Shown here: one piece after another, positions 43,953-53,438 of the stretch | How the letters are laid out: every line of letters starts with the position of its first letter | Position numbering within the stretch: the stretch's first letter is position 1 | Source: a virus | DNA: 64,000 nt | Strand: one strand, 5' to 3' | Virus record (IMG/VR): IMGVR_UViG_3300045988_174111 | Location: 32,001 to 96,000 of that record | Notes under the pieces: generated by a model | What the model saw: the letters and a program-made list of their open reading frames with translations, nothing else | The model's database searches: none | Told to the model about the DNA's origin: nothing | Made by a program: the position numbers and the translations under genes

Positions 43953-46076
43953 TTACTCCTGAGTGATAACCATATTATTTAACGTTTTTTCGGTTCCTTC
44001 TTTTGCCCCTCTAGCTACTGCCTCATAAACTTTCTTAATAGCTTCATCAGATAACTGTATAGTGGGATATACTCCGGAACTTCCTAAATTTGTACCTGCA
44101 CTTCCTGAAGGTGGGGAAACCAAAACAACTGGAATTGGTTCTTTCTTTAATTCACTTATAATTCCCGAAATCGAAGTTTTCCCAGACAAAATTTCATCAA
44201 TTCCATCTCGAATTTTTCTATTTTGAGTCGCGGCTGTAGAAGCGGCAATCTCCCCAACCTTACTTCTAGCATCTTCTTCAGAATAAGCTATTCCAGTAGA
44301 ACGCCCACTTTTAAAAATTTTTTTAGCGTCCATCCCAGTACTTTTTTCCAAATCAATAATATCTCTCATTGAAAGATTTGGAAAGATTTGTTTCAACACT
44401 TGACGACCAATTTCACCTCCTCCAGTCATTTTTTGAACCCTTTCAAAAAACTTCATTTGCAATTCAGGGTTATTTGGCATTTCCTCTATCATTGCCTGTA
44501 AGTCTGAAAGGTTGCCTTCGCCACCGCTAATATCTCTTGCGGTTCTCAATAACAATGCTTGGGTCACGTCATCTTGACTTATGTTATTTCCCATTAAAGA
44601 ATTCTGTACACGCTCTAATTGACGGCCTTCCATTCCAGTAGCATTCTGTATGCTCGTCATCGAACGAACAATTCCAGCCGTATTAATCGAGCCGACCTTT
44701 GTTAAGATAGATTCTGAAATACGATTAAAGGACTGTAAATACTCTCCAAGTGTAGAAGCTATATATTGGTCACTCTTCCCTAGACCCTGCAAATTAGTGT
44801 CAAAAGCTTGAACAACATTCGCCCCAGTCCGCCCTGAACGGTCAAAACGAGTAGTTGCCAATACAGCAGCTGCATCTTCTTCAGAAAGGCCTCTAATCTT
44901 ACCAGCCATTAAAAGCTGATTAATATCGTACAAAGAAGTATTTCGTTCATAAACCCCAGCTTTTTGTAGAGAAGTAACTTTTGTCAAGTATTCTGTCATA
45001 TTTAAACCCAATGTCCTAGACGCCCAATTAGGAAGCTCTTCTTCAGTAATTCCATTAGATGAAGCCTTCGAAGTTCTTCCTCTCATCCAATCTTGATATT
45101 CGCCTTTTTCTGAAGTCGTCGCAGGATAAAATGGGGTAGTGGGCTCATACAAAGGGTTCAAGGCTTTTCGTTCCCTGACATAATCGTACCAAGTATTTCC
45201 ATCATCGGCTGCTATTTTTGCAGTATCTTGAAAAGAATCTATAAATTGACGCCCAATCGCTTCTCGATAAGAAATATTATGTAATGCAGCATACTCTTCT
45301 AAAGCCTTATCATTTTGAGTCGCTGCCATTCTACCAACTTCTTTCTTTTCTGCTTCAGCACCAGAAATTCCAAAAGTTAGCATATTTAAAAGCCAATGAT
45401 TCCCTAAATTATTCCGTCGTTGGAATTCATTTTCAGCTCCGTATTGCTGTGCGCTAAATTTAGCCTGCTGACCTAAAATTGTTCCTATGCTCATAATTAA
45501 TGCCCCAAAAGGAAGCATGCTCATAAGGCCACCCATATTAGTAGGAATTCTGAATCCACTTGAGGGCTTATTCTCCACAACAGGTTCTGAAACAGGAAGC
45601 TCCGGTGACGATGGTGGAGGTAGTGCTGAGGACGGTGCATTTTCTTCAGTTGTTGGTAAAACCCCATTTGTATCATCCCTTTGATTCTTTTCAAGAATAT
45701 CAGCAATTCTTACAATTTCTGCCAAAATTTTATCATAAGCCAAAAGCTGCTTTTCCGCCATTGGGGATATTAGTGGCCGTTCCAAATTCCCAGAACCCCC
45801 ATCCTGAGAAATCAGTGGCCGTTCTGTATAAGGGTCAATAAGAGTCGGGGTTCGCCTTGTTTCATTTGCTGGAAAAGATAAATTTTCACTTAAAAGTGAA
45901 TTTCGCTCTTTCAACAAATTAATTTGTTCTTGAATCACTCCAACAGTTTTTTCAGCTAAATCTTTAAATGAATTTTCCATTTTAGAAAAATCATTCCATA
46001 AAGCTTGTGCATTTTGTCGAAGCTCTTGAAGTGGAGTTGAATCAGCCGATACGCGAATTCTTTTATCTTCTGCCAT
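43953..46076 (-). CDS. tail tape measure protein
   Basis: 707 aa. Located after the chaperone pair. Helical composition with an internal hydrophobic segment (GGLMSMLPFGALIMSIGTILG). Confidence 0.65.
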   Translation of the reverse strand: MAEDKRIRVSADSTPLQELRQNAQALWNDFSKMENSFKDLAEKTVGVIQEQINLLKERNSLLSENLSFPANETRRTPTLIDPYTERPLISQDGGSGNLERPLISPMAEKQLLAYDKILAEIVRIADILEKNQRDDTNGVLPTTEENAPSSALPPPSSPELPVSEPVVENKPSSGFRIPTNMGGLMSMLPFGALIMSIGTILGQQAKFSAQQYGAENEFQRRNNLGNHWLLNMLTFGISGAEAEKKEVGRMAATQNDKALEEYAALHNISYREAIGRQFIDSFQDTAKIAADDGNTWYDYVRERKALNPLYEPTTPFYPATTSEKGEYQDWMRGRTSKASSNGITEEELPNWASRTLGLNMTEYLTKVTSLQKAGVYERNTSLYDINQLLMAGKIRGLSEEDAAAVLATTRFDRSGRTGANVVQAFDTNLQGLGKSDQYIASTLGEYLQSFNRISESILTKVGSINTAGIVRSMTSIQNATGMEGRQLERVQNSLMGNNISQDDVTQALLLRTARDISGGEGNLSDLQAMIEEMPNNPELQMKFFERVQKMTGGGEIGRQVLKQIFPNLSMRDIIDLEKSTGMDAKKIFKSGRSTGIAYSEEDARSKVGEIAASTAATQNRKIRDGIDEILSGKTSISGIISELKKEPIPVVLVSPPSGSAGTNLGSSGVYPTIQLSDEAIKKVYEAVARGAKEGTEKTLNNMVITQE

Positions 46077-46383
46077 CTTGTTCTATTTTAAGTTGTTCTT
46101 CAATTTCCCTTTCTGCCTCTTTCGTGAAATCTTCAAGTGTGGCAGGAGAATTAAATATTTCACCTATTCCAGGAATATATGTATCTTTTTCTTCTTTTCG
46201 TTCAGTTTGGAATCTCTTCATAAACAACTTATCTTCTTCAAATTCTAAAAGCTGATATATAAAAGAAGATTCCCTATGGTCAGGTGACATGAAAGGGATA
46301 TTATGCTTCATTCTCCACCACCTGTCCAACGGGAATCTATTATTCCAACTGACTACATTTCGAACCAGTTCGGAATGTTTCAT
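46063..46383 (-). CDS. tail assembly chaperone, second ORF of the pair
   Basis: 106 aa. Between the tube and tape measure genes. In the same reading frame as ORF 46387-46746, separated by TAA plus one codon. Confidence 0.45.
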   Translation of the reverse strand: MKHSELVRNVVSWNNRFPLDRWWRMKHNIPFMSPDHRESSFIYQLLEFEEDKLFMKRFQTERKEEKDTYIPGIGEIFNSPATLEDFTKEAEREIEEQLKIEQDGRR

Positions 46384-46386
46384 AAC

Positions 46387-46746
46387 TTACTCTTTTACTT
46401 CATTATCTTCTCCTTTTAGAAGGTCAGTGATTTCTTTGAAGAAAGGCGCGACTGTTTCTAAATATCCGTCCCGAATAACTTTGTAGTCCCGAACATCTAA
46501 TTCAGAAAAATTCTTCACCTTTAAGTCTTCTATCAACTGTGGACAAAGAACGACGAGAGCGGCTTCAATATCAATCATGTCTAAAGCATGTTGAGTCAAA
46601 ACCGATGGGCTCATTACCATTGAGTTATAAAATCCTCTCGAAAGATTTTGTTTCATTGATTCAATCTGATAAAATTGTCCAACAGTTGGGAACTTCACAG
46701 AATAATCACGTCCCTTAATTTTTAAAGTAACTGCGTCTTTAATCAT
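46387..46746 (-). CDS. tail assembly chaperone, first ORF of the pair
   Basis: 119 aa. Canonical position between the tube and tape measure genes. Confidence 0.5.
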   Translation of the reverse strand: MIKDAVTLKIKGRDYSVKFPTVGQFYQIESMKQNLSRGFYNSMVMSPSVLTQHALDMIDIEAALVVLCPQLIEDLKVKNFSELDVRDYKVIRDGYLETVAPFFKEITDLLKGEDNEVKE

Positions 46747-46762
46747 AATATTTACGTATTAA

Positions 46763-47251
46763 TTATCCAGCCATGCTAATCGGCTCGAGATATATACCAC
46801 TAACATCTACCCCAGCAATTCCGCCTTCCTGAATATTAAAAGACTGAGTATTAAGAAGACACCCCTGCAATCTAGCAATAGTCTCTCCAGTATTGTCAAC
46901 TTCAGTGACTAGCTTAGAATTTGCATCCTCGCTTGAAACTGTCTTCGAATAAACAGTAATATCAAAAGCAATATCTCCAAGAACCAAACTATTTTTAATT
47001 TCAGCAATGCTTCCAAATTTCTTCAACATCTTCTTCATAATAGGAGTGCTGAACGAAATGAAATACTGTGATACACTCCACTGGCAAGTGTACGCCACAG
47101 GAGGAGCCTCCTGATAAGTAAGGCTCCCAAGACCCTGAACATTTGCTCGTTGAACATTTTCGGAAAATGTAAGATTCCGAACATACCCAGCAACTTCGTT
47201 GTCTATTTTAATAAACGCTTTTGGAGCGGTAAAAACTCTTCCTTTTGACAT
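46763..47251 (-). CDS. tail tube protein
   Basis: 162 aa. Directly downstream of the sheath gene. Size and position are typical of contractile-tail tube proteins. Confidence 0.6.
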   Translation of the reverse strand: MSKGRVFTAPKAFIKIDNEVAGYVRNLTFSENVQRANVQGLGSLTYQEAPPVAYTCQWSVSQYFISFSTPIMKKMLKKFGSIAEIKNSLVLGDIAFDITVYSKTVSSEDANSKLVTEVDNTGETIARLQGCLLNTQSFNIQEGGIAGVDVSGIYLEPISMAG

Positions 47252-47263
47252 ATCATTCTAATT

Positions 47264-48922
47264 TTAATTTCCTAAAACAAAACCAGTGAAGAAAATCTTT
47301 GTAACTTCACTATTCACAACAACTTCATAAGTGACGTTATAATAGTCCTCAATTCTAGTAGCCACTACATTCTGGAAACGCTGTATCAAGTTATCCTGAT
47401 TTTCCGTAGCAACTCTTGACTGGAGGAAATTAATTGTCCAAGTTTCCAAAGACCCTTTAGACAGGGTATTGATATTCACACCATTTTCATCCCCCAATAA
47501 ATCAATTTCTGCATTGACGACACATTCTTTATTCAGTTGTGCAATTATTCGCATAAATTGAATGCTGAATGACAGACCTTTTGCATTGAATAACGTTTTG
47601 TTATCCTGCAAAGTAGTAATCCCCTGAAGAATGACGAAACGACCTAAGAATGGATTCGGGTAAACAACAACCAATCCTGCATTAACGGCCTTTTCGCGTT
47701 CTTTTTCATCTGGAACGTGTTGAAGTTTATCTCCTCCAATTGTCTTATTAGTGACAGGGACATAAGGCGGCTTTCCGCTTACTCGGCCAATCACCTGACA
47801 TAGATTATAGAATACGCCCCACCAACGAACTTTAGAAGCAACTGCATCACTCGCTGTTCCAATTCCGCCATGAACACAAACTACATAAGCATTATTAAAC
47901 TTCTTAGCCATTGCTAAAGATTCAGCAAATTTTGTTTTACTGTCATGAGCACCGACATAAACAAACTTATCAAACTTTGCTTGAGTATTTCTGTGGGTAA
48001 TTACTTTCAAATTCTTTGCGCTGCTTCCAGAATCGCCAACTTGGTCTGTGAAGACAATGTTATAATCAACATCTGAAATTTGATTCAACAAGTCGTCCAA
48101 ATCAGTTTCTTTATATTGTTCCGTAGCACCAGTTGCAACCTGATACTCGGCACTTCCTTCAATGTCCGCAGAATCTACAGTTCCATCCCCTTGTATTTCG
48201 CTTGATTCATCTAAGATAAATCGTGCGCCAAAATTTTCATCGGTCTGGCACCAAGCAATAACTTCTGCAAGTGAAGTACATTCCGGAGTCTGACAAATCA
48301 ATTGTGGCTCGGCCTGTTCAACTGTCAATTCATCATACGAAAGTTCTACCCCAGTAACGGGGTCTTTATAAGAACCTGTATATGTTCCAAGCCAAAACTT
48401 CATTACGAATGCTTCGGGGTCTTCGGTTCCGGCCTCTACTGTATAAGCATAGCCAGTCTTTAACAATTTTCCCTCGAGTTCACCATTTGCATTCAAACCT
48501 TCATCAATTGTCTTAACAATTAAAGAACCTCCGTTAGAGCCTCCACCAGTTGGTGAAAACGTCATTGTTGCAGGAGTAGTTGTACACGCTCTCGCATAAA
48601 GCAATTTACTGATTCCAACTGAATCAGAATTATACGGGTCAGGAGTAAATAATGCCTCAGCACATTTCCAAAACATCCCACCTTTTACAAAATCACGAAA
48701 ATCTGACAGTGTCTCAAATTCATACACTGCATCTTTTCCCTGTTTGTTAGTTCCATTAACACCAGAACCTCCTCCAAATTTAGCCCCGTAGACTCCTGTA
48801 TCGATTAACAATACAGTTCCATAATCTAAATTTCGAGAAGCACTACTCGCCCCAGAAGTAATCGTAGAATAAACCCCAGGAAGAGTTCTCATTTTCCCAT
48901 TAAAATAGACACTTGTCGCCAT
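47264..48922 (-). CDS. contractile tail sheath protein
   Basis: 552 aa. N-terminal ...TLPGVYSTI... is typical of sheath proteins. Followed by tube, chaperones and tape measure. Confidence 0.75.
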   Translation of the reverse strand: MATSVYFNGKMRTLPGVYSTITSGASSASRNLDYGTVLLIDTGVYGAKFGGGSGVNGTNKQGKDAVYEFETLSDFRDFVKGGMFWKCAEALFTPDPYNSDSVGISKLLYARACTTTPATMTFSPTGGGSNGGSLIVKTIDEGLNANGELEGKLLKTGYAYTVEAGTEDPEAFVMKFWLGTYTGSYKDPVTGVELSYDELTVEQAEPQLICQTPECTSLAEVIAWCQTDENFGARFILDESSEIQGDGTVDSADIEGSAEYQVATGATEQYKETDLDDLLNQISDVDYNIVFTDQVGDSGSSAKNLKVITHRNTQAKFDKFVYVGAHDSKTKFAESLAMAKKFNNAYVVCVHGGIGTASDAVASKVRWWGVFYNLCQVIGRVSGKPPYVPVTNKTIGGDKLQHVPDEKEREKAVNAGLVVVYPNPFLGRFVILQGITTLQDNKTLFNAKGLSFSIQFMRIIAQLNKECVVNAEIDLLGDENGVNINTLSKGSLETWTINFLQSRVATENQDNLIQRFQNVVATRIEDYYNVTYEVVVNSEVTKIFFTGFVLGN

Positions 48923-49005
48923 ATTTATTTATTTAAAAGTTTACACTTATTTTCGGAAATAAAGGTAAAAATTTTTCCAAAAATTCTATAATTATAAATC
49001 TTATA

Positions 49006-52000
49006 TCAAGAAATTTTCCAAGAAGTATTTGTCGAAATTGAAAATTTGCTTGAGCCTCCAGTAGCCCCAAAAGATAAACTCGTAGGAGAAACGTCAAGAT
49101 ACAAAATTTTCGCAACCAAATTTCTCGCTCCATTCACCGTAAATGAATAAGACAGATTTGAGCTTACCTTTCTACCATTTTCATACCAGCCATCAAAGAC
49201 ATCCTGGCTATTCTTTTTCGTACATGTTACAGTTGCCTGAGCCCCATAATTATAGGAACCACCTCCAGACACTGAGCCTCGACTAGAAGAAGAGCTTTCC
49301 ATACCAATCGAAACTGTATATGATTTAACGCTTCGAGTCCCTCTTGCTTCAAGTGTCAATGCTCCAGTAATATTAGTTGGGGCATAAGTTACTCCGGAAG
49401 AAACCTTCGAAGAACCATTATACCAACCGTCAAATCCGTATGAATACTGAGCATTACTTGCCATAACCGTAGCAGTAGAACCTTGAGCATTAGAACCATA
49501 ATTAACAGATTCACTTGCTCGGCTTACGGAAGAAATATAATTCCCTTTGTTATAAGTAACTGTATAGCTTCTCAAAGTACGAGTTCCTTTAGCCAAGTAA
49601 GTAGCATTTGCAGTTACCCCCGTAGGCGCAAAAGTCGCCCCAGAAGAAACCTTCGAAGAGCCATTATACCAACCGTCAACCCCATACGAATATTGGGCAG
49701 TAGTTGAATTAACCGTCATTGTTGAACCAACAGCATTTGTGCCATGCGCAACACGTTCTGACGAACGGCTCACACTTGTCACATAATCTCCAACTTGATA
49801 AGTTATTGTATAATATTTTTTCGTAAATCTTGCATAAACTATCACTGACGAAGTCACGTTCGAAATTGTATATGACAAGGAACTACTCAACAAAGAACCT
49901 CCACTTTCCCCAGCAGAATACCACCCATCAAAATTATAACCAGCAGCCACTGAAGCAATAACAGTTGAATTGGCTCCATGATTAACTGTGCCTCCACCAG
50001 AAACAGTTCCACCGCTTGTCCCAAGTGTATAGTCCCCTGTTCCATCTGTATTGCGATAATATGCTTGTGGAGTTACAGTATAAGAATTTAGAGTTGCCTT
50101 AGCTGTAAGAGACATATTTGACCTAACATCTGTGGGAGCATACGTCAAAGACGACGACTTTTTCGTTTCCCCTTCGTACCATCCATCAAATGTGTACCCC
50201 TCTATCACTGTCGCAGTACACCCAACTGCATTTCCACCCCAATTCACAATTTCAGATTCTCTACTAATTGTGTCAATTCCAGTTCCCTTCAAATAAGTTA
50301 CTGTATAAGAATTTATTGAATATTCCGCAGTATATGTAGCGTCTCCAGTAACAGTAACTTCTCTTGACTTGGTCGTCACACCATCAGACCACTTCACAAA
50401 TGCTTTTCCTTCTATTTCCAAAGCCGAAATCGTAACCTTTGTTCCATAATCATAAGTTCCGGAACCTGTTCCGTCAACAACTGTCAGCGTATATTTTCTC
50501 AATGAAGAAACTCCTCTTGCTTCGAAACTTCTATCTGAAGAAATATTCTCAATACTTAATATCAAATCTTCTCCAACCTTTTCACCATTTTCGTACCAGC
50601 CATCAAAAGAATAAGCCAATTGAACCGTATTCTCAAGAAGAGTCGCTTCACATGTTGCAGTTCCACCATAATTAACAGATTCACTTTCTTTAGTAAGCGA
50701 AGCAATATTCGCATTCTTAGAATAAGAAATCGAATAAACATTGATAGTCGCAGAAGCAACCAATGTGCAATCTGATTGAATTGCTGATAATGTTGCAATT
50801 CCATCTAAAACATTCAAAGTTCCAGTTCCTGAAGTTTTTTCCCAAGTTGGAGTATTGTACCCAGTAGAAGCAACAGCCTTTTCAGAAGTTACTGTGCCAT
50901 TATATGCAACTCTTTCAGTTGTTTTTGTTAAATCAACAACTCCAACTCCTTTAGAATAGGTGACAGAAAACCAATTTTTCTGAAATCTTGCATAAACTGT
51001 CATTGAAGATGTGATATTCTCCACCTCATAAGTTGAAGAATCACTAATTCGAGTATCCTCAGAATTATACCAGCCTTGAAAAGTATAACCAACCTTTGCA
51101 GAAGCGGTTAAAGTCGCTTTAGAGCCATAATCATACTCTCCCGAACCAGTCACTGTTCCTCCATTCGTTCCATCCGTAAACGAACCAATAGAATCCGCAT
51201 CACGGTACTGGGGTAAACATTCAATTGAAAAGGTTTTTATTACCCCCTTTGCAGTAAATTCTAAATTTTCCCTCACATTCAAAGGAGCATATTTTAACTC
51301 CTGACTGACACGAACCTCTTCTTCATTGTACCATCCATCAAAATTATACCCTTCTTCTAATTCTGCAACTGAACCCTCAGCATTGGAACCATATTCAACA
51401 GCTTCAATTTCAGGAGTAACTGAAATAATTCCTTTCCCTTTCTTGTAAGTAACTGTATTGACAGACATTCCAAAAGAAGCAGCATAAGTTTCATCTTTCG
51501 TCACATTCGTAACGGTAAGCTCTAAAGTTTCAACCCCATTACTCCATCCACTAAATAAATGACCCGTATCAGGTGTGGCAGTAGAAGAAGCTGACCCACC
51601 ATATTCCACACGGGCTGAAGTCGGGGACACTGTTCCTCCTGGGCCAGCAATAAATTTCAACGTGAACCACATACGCTGAAACCTAGCAGTCAAATTCCTT
51701 GAAGAATCCGCATTAAATGTATATGACAAATCTTCAGAAATTTTCAATTCTCCATCATACCAACCATCAAACGAATAACCCTCGCTTGGAACTGCTTCAA
51801 TCGTAACACTTTCTCCATGATTAAAAGTTCCTCCACCAAAAACGGTTCCACCGTTCTCACCATCAAGAAAATCACCTGATTCAGCAATTCTATATTTCGA
51901 CTTCAGATTAATATCGTAACTCTTAATTTGAAAAATTGCCTGAATAGTTCTATTTTTAGTAATTTCCCAACTAGAATAAGGGTTTTCAAAAAACTCGTTA

Positions 52001-52893
52001 CCTTCTTCGTCAATCCATTTTATAAAATTATATCCAACGGCAGGATTCGCGGTTGATTTAATCAGAGAACCATAATCATAATTTCCTGAACCAGCTACTG
52101 TTCCAGAACCCTCTGGGGAAATTACAAAAGATAAAGAATATCTATTTGTTTCTCTTGACCCAATCGCTGTAAATGTCCTGTCTGAAACAATATTTTCAAT
52201 ATTTAACAATAAATCAGAAGAAACCTTTTCGCCACCTTCGTACCAGCCTAAAAATGAATAAGAAAATTGGGCTGTATCTGAGGGTATTGTTGCAACTGCT
52301 GTTGCAGAACCACCCCACTTAACTGTCTCAGAAATCTTGTCAATTGATTTAATATGCTCCCCCTTTTGATAAGAAATTGTATATGTAGAAGATTCCTGAA
52401 TAATTGTCACTTCTTCTGATATCAATGATGAAAAGCCCGTAACGGCAATCTTACCAATCCTCTGGCCAACAGTATTTTTAGGAATAAGAAATTCCGCATA
52501 AAAGTTAAATTCTCCTTTAGCTCCAGGGTCTCCAGAAATATCACTTCCATTCTCAGTACTCAGCCCATTTGCAATGTAATTTTCTGGAATTTGAAAAGAA
52601 ATCCCATTCCCTTTCCCAAAAGAAAAAGTAATATTTTTAGAATTGCTTTTCCCAGAAATAACAACTTTTTGCTGATTCTGACTAATAGTAAATAAAGTTT
52701 TATCTAAAATTATATATTCAGGGGAAGCCTCTTGCTTCACCTGATATGATTTAGCTGATTCAACCTTATCAGTAATTGCAATCACTGCCGTCTCCCTCAC
52801 GAGACGGCCTTTATGTTCTTCTCCTGTATTTATTAAAGTTGAATCCCCTATTCCACTAGAGGGGGAAACTTCAAGCCAAGATTCTTTTCCCAT
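49006..52893 (-). CDS. giant repeat adhesin: 14 Listeria-Bacteroides-type repeats flanked by BACON-like half-domains
   Basis: 1295 aa. 14 repeats, each ending in G(Y/H)xFxGW(Y/S), e.g. GYSFDGWYDGE and GYTFQGWYNSE. N-terminus SWLEVSPSSGIGDSTL. C-terminus LDVSPTSLSFGATGGSSKFSISTNTSWKIS. Confidence 0.8.
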   Translation of the reverse strand: MGKESWLEVSPSSGIGDSTLINTGEEHKGRLVRETAVIAITDKVESAKSYQVKQEASPEYIILDKTLFTISQNQQKVVISGKSNSKNITFSFGKGNGISFQIPENYIANGLSTENGSDISGDPGAKGEFNFYAEFLIPKNTVGQRIGKIAVTGFSSLISEEVTIIQESSTYTISYQKGEHIKSIDKISETVKWGGSATAVATIPSDTAQFSYSFLGWYEGGEKVSSDLLLNIENIVSDRTFTAIGSRETNRYSLSFVISPEGSGTVAGSGNYDYGSLIKSTANPAVGYNFIKWIDEEGNEFFENPYSSWEITKNRTIQAIFQIKSYDINLKSKYRIAESGDFLDGENGGTVFGGGTFNHGESVTIEAVPSEGYSFDGWYDGELKISEDLSYTFNADSSRNLTARFQRMWFTLKFIAGPGGTVSPTSARVEYGGSASSTATPDTGHLFSGWSNGVETLELTVTNVTKDETYAASFGMSVNTVTYKKGKGIISVTPEIEAVEYGSNAEGSVAELEEGYNFDGWYNEEEVRVSQELKYAPLNVRENLEFTAKGVIKTFSIECLPQYRDADSIGSFTDGTNGGTVTGSGEYDYGSKATLTASAKVGYTFQGWYNSEDTRISDSSTYEVENITSSMTVYARFQKNWFSVTYSKGVGVVDLTKTTERVAYNGTVTSEKAVASTGYNTPTWEKTSGTGTLNVLDGIATLSAIQSDCTLVASATINVYSISYSKNANIASLTKESESVNYGGTATCEATLLENTVQLAYSFDGWYENGEKVGEDLILSIENISSDRSFEARGVSSLRKYTLTVVDGTGSGTYDYGTKVTISALEIEGKAFVKWSDGVTTKSREVTVTGDATYTAEYSINSYTVTYLKGTGIDTISRESEIVNWGGNAVGCTATVIEGYTFDGWYEGETKKSSSLTYAPTDVRSNMSLTAKATLNSYTVTPQAYYRNTDGTGDYTLGTSGGTVSGGGTVNHGANSTVIASVAAGYNFDGWYSAGESGGSLLSSSLSYTISNVTSSVIVYARFTKKYYTITYQVGDYVTSVSRSSERVAHGTNAVGSTMTVNSTTAQYSYGVDGWYNGSSKVSSGATFAPTGVTANATYLAKGTRTLRSYTVTYNKGNYISSVSRASESVNYGSNAQGSTATVMASNAQYSYGFDGWYNGSSKVSSGVTYAPTNITGALTLEARGTRSVKSYTVSIGMESSSSSRGSVSGGGSYNYGAQATVTCTKKNSQDVFDGWYENGRKVSSNLSYSFTVNGARNLVAKILYLDVSPTSLSFGATGGSSKFSISTNTSWKIS
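49082..49153. repeat. 72-nt repeat, copy 1 (3' end of the 1295-aa gene)
   Basis: About 80 percent identical to 52981-53052, with a 26-nt exact core (49098-49123 = 52997-53022). Encodes NLVAKILYLDVSPTSL. Confidence 0.85.
49102..52386 (-). repeat. Array of 14 tandem protein-coding repeats (about 75-85 aa each) inside the adhesin gene; boundaries approximate
   Basis: The periodic GWY/KW motif was counted 14 times. Adjacent units near the 3' end are close duplicates (QYSYGVDGWYNGSSKVSSG and QYSYGFDGWYNGSSKVSSG). Confidence 0.7.
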
Positions 52894-52905
52894 ACATTCT
52901 TTTTG

Positions 52906-53436
52906 TTATTTTATATTCCAAGAAACATTCGAGTCAACTCTAAACTCCGAATTTCCTCCAACAGCTTCAAATTCCAATGACGTAGGAGAAACATCGAGAT
53001 ACAAAATTTTCGCAACCAAATTCACTTCATTTTCAACGGTAAATGAATAAGTAGCTTCTGAGGAAACCTTTTCACCACCTTTATACCAACCATCAAAAAC
53101 ATCACCCTCTTTTAAAAGATTGCATTTTAATACCACTTTTTCCCCCACAGCAACTTCTTTTGAAGCATTCGTCCCAGCTTCTCCATTATCAATTTCAACC
53201 GATGCCCTTGAAGTTACGTCAGAATTCAATGAAATTGAAATTAAAAAAGACCCTTTTTGAATGTCCTTCAATAAAATAAAATCATTATCACCATAAGAAG
53301 ACAAAGGTTCTTTGTCAAATTTCCCAGCAGAAATGAGTTCCTTTTTCCGAACAAAATTCTTTTCAGAAACCCCAATGTCCTCAGGGGTAATTCCCACAAT
53401 ATCTGCAGCCTGTTTAGAAGTTGAATAATTTTCCAT
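52906..53436 (-). CDS. small adhesin-module protein: N-terminal domain plus one Listeria-Bacteroides repeat plus first half of a BACON-like domain
   Basis: GDVFDGWYKGGEKV, then LDVSPTSLEFEAVGGNSEFRVDSNVSWNIK-stop. I prefer the ATG at 53436 over the TTG at 53469 in the track. Same frame as the 1295-aa ORF, separated by one TAA and four codons. Confidence 0.7.
   Translation of the reverse strand: MENYSTSKQAADIVGITPEDIGVSEKNFVRKKELISAGKFDKEPLSSYGDNDFILLKDIQKGSFLISISLNSDVTSRASVEIDNGEAGTNASKEVAVGEKVVLKCNLLKEGDVFDGWYKGGEKVSSEATYSFTVENEVNLVAKILYLDVSPTSLEFEAVGGNSEFRVDSNVSWNIK
52981..53052. repeat. 72-nt repeat, copy 2 (3' end of the 176-aa gene)
   Basis: See 49082-49153. Confidence 0.85.
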
Positions 53437-53438
53437 AA

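Noticed and set aside
48933-49133. A 66-aa minus-strand ORF overlapping the 3' end of the adhesin gene and the sheath-upstream gap.
   Set aside because: It overlaps the well-supported 1295-aa ORF in another frame and extends into AT-rich intergenic DNA. No supporting signal.
49082-53052. Diversity-generating retroelement (template/variable repeat pair) as an explanation for the two similar 3' gene ends.
   Set aside because: Differences between the two copies are not restricted to adenine positions. No reverse transcriptase or accessory gene is present in the window. The similarity is explained by a duplicated C-terminal protein module.
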